NCBI RefSeq assembly: GCF_000020025.1
Contig: NC_010628.1
Span: 3,240,001 to 3,272,000 of the forward strand
DNA: 32,000 nucleotides
Direction: 5' to 3'
Origin: Nostoc punctiforme PCC 73102
GTDB taxonomy: Bacteria; Cyanobacteriota; Cyanobacteriia; Cyanobacteriales; Nostocaceae
How positions within the stretch are numbered: the stretch's first letter is position 1; the number at the start of each line of letters is the position of its first letter. Positions 14,185 through 21,622 of this stretch are shown piece after piece. Below the pieces are notes generated by a model. The model worked only from the letters and a program-made list of their open reading frames with translations. It had not been told where the DNA came from and made no database searches. A program made the position numbers and the translations under genes.

Positions 14185-15791
14185 TTTTCTTTGATTAGGT
14201 CTGGTGTCGGCACATTCAAGAGTTGGTCTGCCCAGGCAACTAAATCTTTGTGCCAGTCGGTTTGAATATCCTCTGGAGATGCTAAAGGAATAGTTAGAGG
14301 AAGTTGGTTGATTTGTCGCAGTCCTTTTGGCTTATTGCCCTTTTTCTTAAATTGCTTGTAAGTGTGGTGGGTGGGATGTATGGCCAAGGATTCGGGAACA
14401 GCGCCACTGACAATGCAGCTGTAGGCTAATTCGTCAACGTGTTTCTTTCTGGGGTCATCCTTTTTCCATTGTTTAGCTAACTGTCTTGCAGTGGCATTGA
14501 GAGCTATTAGGAGATAGTTATTCCTCATTTGTGCCGAAATATTTAAATCGTTGGCGTTAGACGACTGGTTTAAGGCAATGAAAATTATTTTGTATTTTCT
14601 ACCTTCTGAACCTAATCGTCTCAGTGCTAGTTCAATAATTTCTTTGTTTGAGAAGCTATCTAGGCAGGCATTAATCTCATCACCAAAGACAATGATTGTC
14701 GGTTCTAAATCTAGCTGCTGTTTATTAAGTTCTCGCCGGGAATCGAGTAGCTCAATCAGTAGAATTAATTGCTGTTCAATTAGCGCGAAATCAGCGATCG
14801 CATGGATGCCTAGTTCACCCCACAAGACATTGACATTGGCATGAGGGTCAAGAGCTAAAACTTGTGCTGGCTCATCTTTGGTCAACCACCCTGCGACCCA
14901 AACCGCCACGGAAGTTTTACCACTACCAGAATTACCAGCAACAATAATCCCTACTGCATCATCAACTAAATCCCGCCAGTCGTAGAATTCAAGCTCACCC
15001 ACTTTTCCGGGACATAAAGCTTCGTAATCAATTTCTTCGGTCAACTCCAAAGGAACAGGGACAGCCGATAAAAGCCTATTTGCTTCACTCCTGTGCTTTG
15101 CTTCTTCTGCCTCACATTTAGCTATCTCTGCCTTAAATTTAGCCAACTGTAGCAAACGCTGATACTCAGCTAATTGATTGTGCTTTTCAGCCTGCTCTCG
15201 GTCAAACTCGCGCTCACCTTCACTCTTATCCTTGATGCGAGTAATTTGGTCGTTGCGAGTTACCCGATCCTTTATGTACTCAGTTTCAACAGCGATCTTG
15301 TGTGTAGTGATTTCGCGCTGTTGTTCGTTAAGTTGAATTTCTTGATTTAAATCAGTTTTCAACTGCTCAAAATACGCTACAAACTCTTTTTTGTAGCGTT
15401 GCAATCGCTTTGAGGTCAGCAGTGTGCTACTGGACAATAAAATTAAACTTGCCATTGCCCAATTCTTAGCAATAGGATTTGTAGCCGGAATTGTCCGCAG
15501 CCGCGTTGCTTTGTCAGACAGAATAAAAGTTCCTTGCGGTTGAAAACGCGGATTAGTGGGTACGTAGTTTTCTTGTCTCCAATATCCTTCTGGGATAATA
15601 TACTGCTTGTCTTGAGTGCAATACTTAACAGCGCGATTATTATTTTTTTTGGGCTTAAAGCAGAATTCAATCACATCATATTTAGTGCCAGACATTGAAT
15701 AGACTGACAATCCTAAGCCCGTCAAAGACAGAGCGATCGCCAGCCCAATGCTGAATTGATTCTGTTGTTTGAACAACTTCAACCAATCCAT
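14106..15791 (-). CDS. Membrane-anchored FtsK/TraB/HerA-type P-loop ATPase (putative DNA translocase)
   Basis: The track start at 15794 is TTG. The ATG at 15791 overlaps the upstream TGA (TGATG). Two N-terminal TM segments (FSIGLAIALSLTGLGLSVYSM; WAMASLILLSSSTLL), a charged coiled coil, Walker A GIIVAGNSGSGKTS, LALDPH, Walker B-like TIIVFGDEINA, and KIIFIALNQS (compare FtsK ILATQRP). Confidence 0.7.
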   Translation of the reverse strand: MDWLKLFKQQNQFSIGLAIALSLTGLGLSVYSMSGTKYDVIEFCFKPKKNNNRAVKYCTQDKQYIIPEGYWRQENYVPTNPRFQPQGTFILSDKATRLRTIPATNPIAKNWAMASLILLSSSTLLTSKRLQRYKKEFVAYFEQLKTDLNQEIQLNEQQREITTHKIAVETEYIKDRVTRNDQITRIKDKSEGEREFDREQAEKHNQLAEYQRLLQLAKFKAEIAKCEAEEAKHRSEANRLLSAVPVPLELTEEIDYEALCPGKVGELEFYDWRDLVDDAVGIIVAGNSGSGKTSVAVWVAGWLTKDEPAQVLALDPHANVNVLWGELGIHAIADFALIEQQLILLIELLDSRRELNKQQLDLEPTIIVFGDEINACLDSFSNKEIIELALRRLGSEGRKYKIIFIALNQSSNANDLNISAQMRNNYLLIALNATARQLAKQWKKDDPRKKHVDELAYSCIVSGAVPESLAIHPTHHTYKQFKKKGNKPKGLRQINQLPLTIPLASPEDIQTDWHKDLVAWADQLLNVPTPDLIKEKWEEMMGHAPSSKQVELLHEYLLNRN

Positions 15792-16363
15792 CAATATCTC
15801 CTAATCATCTTCCAAAGAACTGGTAATAAGGCCAAACCTAAAGATGCTCCCATCACAATCTGCAATTGCAAGTTGATAGTCAGTCCATCGGTAGGCTGTA
15901 CTTTGATTTCGTAGTTTTTTACTTCAACTTCAAAAGCTTGAATTGATTCATTGGCATATTGCATAAGCTGTCTGTATTCCTTAGTGGTATTCCATGAAAT
16001 ACCAGCAGAAGCTATTAACTTACTACAGCCAAATACTACTCGTGAAATATCTCGTACTTTGTACTCGTTTGAAAGGTCAATTCCAGCTTCTCCGATGTCA
16101 ATCATGGCGGGAATGGAGCCAAGAGAAAATCCCAACAATCCCGCGCTCATTGCTCCTAAGCCCAAATCAATGGCTAGGAGACATAGAGTTATGTTGGCAG
16201 AATTCGCAGTCAATGTAAGTAAAAAATTACGAATTAGTGTAAACGTCGCACAAGCAGATAAATAATCTTTCTCTAGACGATCTAAATAATCTTGATATTC
16301 ACGAGGCAGTTGACTTGCTTGGGAGTCCTCCTGCTGGTCTATAACGTCCGTTTCAAGTAACAT
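15791..16363 (-). CDS. Polytopic membrane protein, translationally coupled to the FtsK-like ATPase
   Basis: 190 aa, ATG start. Hydrophobic stretches LLAIDLGLGAMSAGLLGFSLGSIPAMI and MGASLGLALLPVLW. Confidence 0.65.
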   Translation of the reverse strand: MLLETDVIDQQEDSQASQLPREYQDYLDRLEKDYLSACATFTLIRNFLLTLTANSANITLCLLAIDLGLGAMSAGLLGFSLGSIPAMIDIGEAGIDLSNEYKVRDISRVVFGCSKLIASAGISWNTTKEYRQLMQYANESIQAFEVEVKNYEIKVQPTDGLTINLQLQIVMGASLGLALLPVLWKMIRRY

Positions 16364-16386
16364 TGGTTTATCAAGAAAAAATTTTT

Positions 16387-16427
16387 ACTACCCACTGCAA
16401 TCTGACGTGATTGCAGTGGGTTTTATT
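16387..16427. terminator. Bidirectional rho-independent terminator-like hairpin
   Basis: Perfect 12-bp stem CCCACTGCAATC (16391-16402) / GATTGCAGTGGG (16409-16420) with a 6-nt loop. TTTTATT follows on the + strand, and an A/T run sits on the other side. It lies directly after the stop of gene 16426-17079. Confidence 0.65.
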
Positions 16428-17079
16428 AAATACCTAAAGCGTTTCGTAGTCGCCGGATTATCCCCATTGGGCTTTTTACCTCTGCTTGATAATCGCGTTT
16501 GTGAATTAGAGATAAATCAGCGTTGTCTCCATGCTCTAAAAGATGTTCAGCCACTTTAAGTTCATAGTTTTGGTTTTCCTGCAACTGCTTTAGCTGGATA
16601 CGCGAACCTTGTTCAAGCAGGCGAACTCGTCCTTCAACATCTTGGATTACCATGTCAGCAAACAGCTTGGCTCTGTTGTAGTCAATTGCCCAGCTATGCC
16701 TTCCTTTTTCCATCTCAAGTGAGGCTTTGAACTGTTCCCGCAGTTCATCCATATCATCCAAGTATTTGATGTTGGCAAAGCTAGCTTGACGCTGGGCTTT
16801 TTGAATATCCACCTCGGCTTTGCTGCCACTGGCAACAAATTCACCCAAGAATTTATTCCAGTCGCTCTCATTCTTAATTTTCGTTTTTACCGTTTCCGTA
16901 ATTGCAGGCATGAGGGCGGCAGCCATTTTCCCCTCTTGATACATCGACCCCAGTTTTTGAAGCGTGGCTTGATCGCCTGTCAATGCCTTCTGTAATTCCG
17001 CCACAGATACACCAGCAACCCTTTGTGCTGCCTTACCTGCCTTGGTTCTGGTATTGATACGGGTTTTGATGTGTTTCAT
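16426..17079 (-). CDS. Hypothetical alpha-helical protein
   Basis: 217 aa, ATG start, followed by a terminator hairpin. No motif recognised. Confidence 0.6.
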   Translation of the reverse strand: MKHIKTRINTRTKAGKAAQRVAGVSVAELQKALTGDQATLQKLGSMYQEGKMAAALMPAITETVKTKIKNESDWNKFLGEFVASGSKAEVDIQKAQRQASFANIKYLDDMDELREQFKASLEMEKGRHSWAIDYNRAKLFADMVIQDVEGRVRLLEQGSRIQLKQLQENQNYELKVAEHLLEHGDNADLSLIHKRDYQAEVKSPMGIIRRLRNALGI

Positions 17080-17216
17080 AGAAAATTCCTTGAGTTACAA
17101 ACAACACAAGTGGAGTCAGCAACAACAGCAATAGCAAATTGAATTTATGCTGTTGACGATACTCTGCGAAAGTGTCCACCGGGGAGTATCCCCGTGGCGC
17201 ATTTCGCGCTACTTGC

Positions 17217-17777
17217 TCAACTAGGGACTTTGAAGAGGTTGAGAATTTTTGCTTCTGTGGTGCGAAATTTGTCTCTAGCTTCTTCTATGCGACCAGAGAA
17301 AGCTGTAGCCTTGCTATTGAAGTGTTGGTTGGCTTCTTGTAGGCGCGTGACTAGATACTGTTCCACCTCTTGCATCATTTCATCAGTCTGTTGCAAATCT
17401 TGGTCAACTTGGTAATCAACCCAGGCGACGATCGCGGATTTGATGCGATCCTTGAGCGAGGCGCGATCGCTTAATACCCAGTCCATTTTTTGGCTAATCG
17501 ACTGAACTTCTTCAACCGATAAACTCACTTCTAAAGTGGAAGCAACTTGTTGAATTAAAGTTTGTTTTTGGGTATGACTCAATTCATCATTTGTACTTGC
17601 TGGAACTATTTCACTTGAGCCTGACAGTTCATCAACAATCTTAGATATCAAATTCTCTGTAGGTTCAACGTCGGCGTAGTTGCTGACAATAATATGCTTT
17701 CTGATTTGGTCAAGAGTAAATCTTTTACCCCGGTTTTTTAGTCGAGTTTGAATTACTTTAATTTTATTTTGGTTCAT
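17217..17777 (-). CDS. Hypothetical protein
   Basis: 186 aa, ATG start, 2 nt after the stop of the upstream gene. No motif recognised. Confidence 0.6.
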   Translation of the reverse strand: MNQNKIKVIQTRLKNRGKRFTLDQIRKHIIVSNYADVEPTENLISKIVDELSGSSEIVPASTNDELSHTQKQTLIQQVASTLEVSLSVEEVQSISQKMDWVLSDRASLKDRIKSAIVAWVDYQVDQDLQQTDEMMQEVEQYLVTRLQEANQHFNSKATAFSGRIEEARDKFRTTEAKILNLFKVPS

Positions 17778-17779
17778 GG

Positions 17780-18172
17780 TTATGCAAATAATTTGTACAA
17801 AACTTCTCCTAACTCAGCAATAGAATAAGTACCGTCGTTTCGATAACTTATGTCCATGCTTCTAAACGCTCGATAAAACTTATGTTTCGATAAAGACGGA
17901 CACTTTTTGTAGATGTAATCCTTGATAACCGCGCCCTTAACAGAGCCATTTAGATCGGTGGCTGACTCTACCACCAAATTCAATACATGAGATGCGATCG
18001 CCTTCCTTGGTGCGACCCTTTTACACTTAGCGACAAACCGCAAATTATCAATGGTGAGCGGCAACCGAGCATTCACTAACTGATTTTTTAGCTCTTGCCA
18101 TTGGTAAGCACGGACTGACTTCCCTAAGCAAGTTTCATAAATTATTCTTGTTCTCTCCTTCTGTAGGGGCAT
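17780..18172 (-). CDS. Hypothetical protein (first gene after the 18173-18418 motif array)
   Basis: 130 aa, ATG start. A 12-bp palindrome lies 22 bp upstream of the start. Confidence 0.6.
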   Translation of the reverse strand: MPLQKERTRIIYETCLGKSVRAYQWQELKNQLVNARLPLTIDNLRFVAKCKRVAPRKAIASHVLNLVVESATDLNGSVKGAVIKDYIYKKCPSLSKHKFYRAFRSMDISYRNDGTYSIAELGEVLYKLFA

Positions 18173-18418
18173 ATTCTCTCCTTTTTAAAAACTCAGTTGC
18201 AACTGACATTTAGTGCAACTTCTTATGCTGTAAGCGCTGTGAACAATTACAAGAGATTTAGTCAACACTTAATGCAAGAAAAGTTGCAGTGCGCTGTCAA
18301 ATACACTTTTTAGCATCCGTGTGGTGCAACGAAGAAATGAAATAATTAATGGTGCGGGTGCTTTGCACGTTATGCAGGCAGATAGTGCAACGACGGATTT
18401 AGAACAGATAATGCAAAG
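18173..18418. promoter_or_regulatory. 246-bp non-coding region with an array of (A/G)GTGCAAC / GTTGCA and ATGCA(A/G)G motifs (operator or iteron array)
   Basis: CAGTTGCAACTG perfect palindrome 18194-18205. AGTGCAAC 18212-18219 and 18384-18391. GGTGCAAC 18323-18330. GTTGCAG 18283-18289. The longer variants cATTTAGTGCAAC 18207-18219, GATTTAGTCAAC 18255-18266 and GATTTAGAACAG 18396-18407. AATGCAAG 18271-18278, TATGCAGG 18371-18378, AATGCAAAG 18410-18418. Confidence 0.55.
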
Positions 18419-18808
18419 CTAAATTGTAAAATCTGAACAATATTGAGGTAATTCAGGATGAACTGCACAAGGTAAATAATTATTAGCAGAGTAATAGATA
18501 CACCCATTGCAGTGATGTTTTGTTTCTAGTTCAGCAATCATTTGTTCTACTTTTGCTTCTGCTAACTTGTCTGACACTGCTTGAGAAATTGCCGCCACGC
18601 TGATTGTGCATAAACCGATAATTCCAGCATTACCTCCATAAACCACCATCTTTTCAATAGTTAACTCATGAGGTTTTAAGGCATCAGCAAGCCGTGTAAC
18701 TACTTTGCCTGATAGCCCTAGTATTAAAATCCCAGCGCCTATTGTAGTTACGGTTAATCCCAATCCTCCTAGTGCGGTGGGAATAAGGTTAGATAACTTT
18801 TCACGCAT
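18419..18808 (-). CDS. Membrane protein with a C-terminal Cys-rich domain
   Basis: The track ORF is trimmed to the ATG at 18808 (MREKLSNLIPTALGGLGLTVTTIGAGILILGL...). A second TM is GNAGIIGLCTISVAAI. C-terminus HHCNGCIYYSANNYLPCAVHPELPQYCSDF. Overlaps the upstream gene by 8 nt. Confidence 0.6.
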   Translation of the reverse strand: MREKLSNLIPTALGGLGLTVTTIGAGILILGLSGKVVTRLADALKPHELTIEKMVVYGGNAGIIGLCTISVAAISQAVSDKLAEAKVEQMIAELETKHHCNGCIYYSANNYLPCAVHPELPQYCSDFTI

Positions 18809-19172
18809 ACTTTTTACGCCTTGTGCGTTTAGGTTTCGACGGCAGTACAAACCAAATAACTGCCCAAAATATTAAAAGTGATCGCAACAAGAAATTAACC
18901 CAAGGGCGTAACGGAGTTTTCCAAAATATCCACCAATGAATAATCCAGTGTGCAAACTTAGACAATGGAACCGTGTCACGTAATGGCATTTCTTTTTGGA
19001 AATTACGATAAGTCAAATGATGCACGTTCAGACTCTTTGCCCACGGGAATACGACACAGTGATATTTTGTCAATGCGTGGCATTTCTTACACTTTTCACG
19101 CCATTCATCTGAATTGATGTAGACATAATACTGAGGCGATGCCTTCGGCAACCCCTTCGGGGAACGGCTCAT
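18801..19172 (-). CDS. HNH-like N-terminal domain (degenerate) fused to a Trp-rich membrane tail
   Basis: YINSDEWREKCKKCHALTKYHCVVFPWAKSLNVHHLTYRNFQKEMPLRDTVPLSKFAHWIIH has the same layout as 13798-14184, but the second CxxCH is replaced (SKFAH). C-terminus WVNFLLRSLLIFWAVIWFVL plus a basic tail. Confidence 0.5.
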   Translation of the reverse strand: MSRSPKGLPKASPQYYVYINSDEWREKCKKCHALTKYHCVVFPWAKSLNVHHLTYRNFQKEMPLRDTVPLSKFAHWIIHWWIFWKTPLRPWVNFLLRSLLIFWAVIWFVLPSKPKRTRRKKYA

Positions 19173-19402
19173 GCTTTTGCCACCTCAGCTAGCGATTGAG
19201 TTAGTACTTTGGCTGCTTGCAATAACTTGTCCGGCTCCTCTGCGCTTGATGCAGCCGTCAACAACAGATCGCTAGCCTCGTGTATTGTTTCAATGAGTTT
19301 GTTGATAATTGCTTTCTGGTTTTTAATCTTGGCGATTAATTCGCTTTGGTTATAGACAGGATTGTTGTTGAACTGGGTTTCTAAGTCTTTGAGCGTGTCC
19401 AT
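19169..19402 (-). CDS. Small helical hypothetical protein
   Basis: 77 aa, ATG start, with an ATGA overlap onto the downstream gene. Confidence 0.55.
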   Translation of the reverse strand: MDTLKDLETQFNNNPVYNQSELIAKIKNQKAIINKLIETIHEASDLLLTAASSAEEPDKLLQAAKVLTQSLAEVAKA

Positions 19403-19405
19403 ATT

Positions 19406-19783
19406 TCAAGAATTAAATAAATTCAGTTGTCCAAGGTATTCGCGTTTCAGCATTTTCTTGTGTGCCATTGCTTTCAAATCCATCCGACAGTGACACACGG
19501 AACATAATGCTTTTAGATTGCAGCGCGTACAATCCTCTGGAATATGGTTCAAGTGAGCGGTCGTCAGTACAAATCGAGTAGGTTTAGCATTAATTTCGTG
19601 CAGTAAGTCACAGGAGTCTGTGCAATGAACTTTTGGCACAACTCGGTCAATGAACTCACTCAGAGTTTCCCCAACTTTCCTGCACTCCCGCCCACACTCT
19701 TCGCATTTCCAGTTGGCTTCGGTTTTGACTTGTAGGGCTATCTCCTGCCAACGGGAGGGATAGCGATCGCGCTGCATCGGCAT
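19406..19783 (-). CDS. HNH endonuclease
   Basis: WKCEECGRECRK...VLTTAHLNHIPEDCTRCNLKALCSVCHCRMD is the classical HNH layout (CxxC ... H-N-H ... CxxCH). Confidence 0.75.
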   Translation of the reverse strand: MPMQRDRYPSRWQEIALQVKTEANWKCEECGRECRKVGETLSEFIDRVVPKVHCTDSCDLLHEINAKPTRFVLTTAHLNHIPEDCTRCNLKALCSVCHCRMDLKAMAHKKMLKREYLGQLNLFNS

Positions 19784-20008
19784 TTAGTCATCCTGCTTTG
19801 TTCTTTTGTGTAAATTTGCAAATGCGGGTGATTCGTGTTCTCTCTCAAGAATTTGCCTAAGTAGCGTGGCCATCGGGATCTTTTTCCACTCAGCCACAGC
19901 TTGAAATTCTTCGTAAGCCTTCTCCGAAAGGGTGATGGTCATCTGAAATCTATCTTTGTCTTTGTCTGCCATTGGCTGTAAACCGTGTAATTCCATCACA
20001 TTATCCAT
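19784..20008 (-). CDS. Ribbon-helix-helix (CopG/Arc-like) DNA-binding protein, first gene of an operon
   Basis: The track start at 20032 is TTG. The first in-frame ATG is at 20008, with alternatives at 19996 and 19972. RFQMTITLSEKAYEEFQAVAEWKKIPMATLLRQILERE fits a beta-strand plus two helices RHH pattern. Confidence 0.6.
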   Translation of the reverse strand: MDNVMELHGLQPMADKDKDRFQMTITLSEKAYEEFQAVAEWKKIPMATLLRQILEREHESPAFANLHKRTKQDD

Positions 20009-20070
20009 GCATTTGCATCTCCATGCACTCAATAGCTTAAGAATTTTCTAAAACAAAGCATAACACATTC

Positions 20071-20095
20071 ATCACAATTGCGTGGTAATTGTGAT
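20071..20095. promoter_or_regulatory. Perfect inverted repeat ATCACAATT-N7-AATTGTGAT, candidate operator upstream of the RHH gene
   Basis: Arms at 20071-20079 and 20087-20095, located 63-87 bp upstream of the ATG at 20008 on the - strand. Confidence 0.45.
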
Positions 20096-20206
20096 GGATA
20101 TGAGAAGACAGTATGATAAAACAATGGCAGCAATGATTAAACCAAAATTCCAAGTAGGCGATCGCCTTTGCTAACGCCAGCGATCATAAAAAGTGACCTT
20201 TCAGGC

Positions 20207-20241
20207 AAAAGCCCTCCTGAATAACTTTTCAGGAGGGTTTG
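20207..20241. terminator. Bidirectional terminator-like hairpin
   Basis: AAAAG CCCTCCTGAA (20212-20221) taactt TTCAGGAGGG (20228-20237) TTT. Confidence 0.55.
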
Positions 20242-20320
20242 CTGATAAGAGAACTGCTGACTTCGGGGGTATTCAAGGGAAGCAAAGCCACATACATCTG
20301 AGCGATCGCAGATGGTGAGT

Positions 20321-20358
20321 TAAAAGTTGTTTGGGGCTTCTTCATCACCCCAAACAAC
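20321..20358 (-). terminator. Rho-independent terminator of the lysis/FHA operon
   Basis: Perfect 11-bp stem GTTGTTTGGGG (20326-20336) / CCCCAAACAAC (20348-20358). On the - strand the stem is followed by TTTTA. It lies 80 nt downstream of the stop at 20439. Confidence 0.6.
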
Positions 20359-20438
20359 CGTAAAACAACGAACTGCCATGAAAGGAGCGATCTCCCTTAT
20401 TCAAGAAGGACTAGCAAAATTAATCAAAATTATCTAAC

Positions 20439-20957
20439 CTATAGCGAAGTTGATTGAATTTTCTCAACATCAGCTTGGAGTTTTCCTAGTTCCGAGCGCA
20501 TATTAGCGATCGCCAGTACAATCTCACCCTGCTTGGTAATCACAGCTAGCGCCGCCCCATGCTCTGCTAGCTTGTCTTTGTTTTCAAATATTTGGTCATA
20601 CAATCTGCCAATATCCCCTTTATTAAAATTGCTTTGCTCTTTCAAGGAAGTTAACTGCTGGTGAATCAAGTTTAGTTGTTGATCGTGTACTGAATCGCGC
20701 CGATCGCTATCCGCCTCAACTTTGCCGATCGCTTCTTCCAATCCTTTACTGACACTAGCGATCGCCCCTTCAATCTTGCTTTCCCTAGAATCTTGAACCT
20801 GCCAAGCTGCGATCGCTAAAGCAGCAATTCCAATATAATTTCCAGTATCGCTGGGTTTAAACGAGAATGGCATCCCATGAAAAAATAGAATGACAATTAA
20901 CCCAGCAATCAATATTAATAAAAATTTATTCTTGAATATTAGTTGAAAAAGTCCCAT
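20439..20957 (-). CDS. Membrane protein (2 TM) with a cytoplasmic/periplasmic coiled coil
   Basis: 172 aa, ATG start. FLLILIAGLIVILFF and YIGIAALAIAAW, then a helical Q/E/L-rich region. Overlaps the FHA gene by 32 nt. Confidence 0.6.
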   Translation of the reverse strand: MGLFQLIFKNKFLLILIAGLIVILFFHGMPFSFKPSDTGNYIGIAALAIAAWQVQDSRESKIEGAIASVSKGLEEAIGKVEADSDRRDSVHDQQLNLIHQQLTSLKEQSNFNKGDIGRLYDQIFENKDKLAEHGAALAVITKQGEIVLAIANMRSELGKLQADVEKIQSTSL

Positions 20958-21318
20958 CTTCTTTAATATCTGTTATTTCATTTAAAAAGATAGCTTTAGG
21001 ATATTGGCGCGGGCCAAAAGTAATCGTGTCTTGATGCTTTAAATCAGCTTGACTTACTCTAGTTCCGTTAATCCAAACCCCGTTGGTGCTTTTGCTTTCT
21101 GGAATCATCAGCAACCCATCTATTACGAGGTAATAGGGGGTCTTTTTGCCCCTATTTGGCGGCATCAATACAAAGGTACAATGTTGGCGAGAAACAAATC
21201 TATCAATGACCAAAATGTCGCAGCTAGAGTGTTTTCCCAGGACGTAAATAGATAAATTTAAATCGTAGGTGATAGGAGGGAGATCGTTATCTAAATAAAT
21301 TAATAGCTGATAACGCAT
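20926..21318 (-). CDS. FHA (forkhead-associated) domain protein
   Basis: 130 aa: YVLGKHSSCDILVIDRFVSRQHCTF...VIDGL...SKSTNGVWINGTRV...LKHQDTITFG matches the G-R...S-x-x-H...S-x-N-G...N-G FHA signature. Confidence 0.75.
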   Translation of the reverse strand: MRYQLLIYLDNDLPPITYDLNLSIYVLGKHSSCDILVIDRFVSRQHCTFVLMPPNRGKKTPYYLVIDGLLMIPESKSTNGVWINGTRVSQADLKHQDTITFGPRQYPKAIFLNEITDIKEDGTFSTNIQE

Positions 21319-21358
21319 AACAAGAAATTAACATTACCTGTTCATGGTAACGATACTG

Positions 21359-21622
21359 TTATTTTTTTGGCGGGTCTTGGATTGAATCAATATTGACATT
21401 GCCCCTGACATTTGTAGAATCACTGCTACCACCCCTTGCTAATCCTCCGGCTGCTGCGATCGCTCCTACTCCTGCATTTATTACCAATGCTTGATTTGCT
21501 GAGTTTATCCCAGGCGCGATCGCCGCAACAATAATAATAAAAAGACCAGTCAACGCCAGAAAACCGGGGGTGCTGGCCTGAATAATCTCAGGGTTCCATC
21601 GAGCGGAGTCGAGATGTTTCAC
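21359..21622 (-). CDS. Holin-like small membrane protein
   Basis: 87 aa. GTG start overlapping the TGA of the hydrolase gene (GTGA). Two hydrophobic helices (GFLALTGLFIIIVAAIAPGI; ALVINAGVGAIAAAGGLA) and a polar tail. The function is inferred from position. Confidence 0.45.
   Translation of the reverse strand: MKHLDSARWNPEIIQASTPGFLALTGLFIIIVAAIAPGINSANQALVINAGVGAIAAAGGLARGGSSDSTNVRGNVNIDSIQDPPKK

Noticed and set aside
14106-15791. The P-loop ATPase as the missing terminase large subunit
   Set aside because: Its two N-terminal TM helices, long coiled coil, C-terminal position of the Walker motifs and FtsK-like 'ALNQS' segment do not fit TerL. TerL has an N-terminal ATPase plus a C-terminal RNaseH-like nuclease.
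13624-17415. + strand ORFs 13624-13806, 13920-14120, 14551-14844, 15951-16265, 15994-16218, 16786-16995 and 17194-17415, and the internal - strand ORFs 15443-15670 and 16647-16871
   Set aside because: They are nested in or antisense to longer - strand genes, and none has an independent motif.
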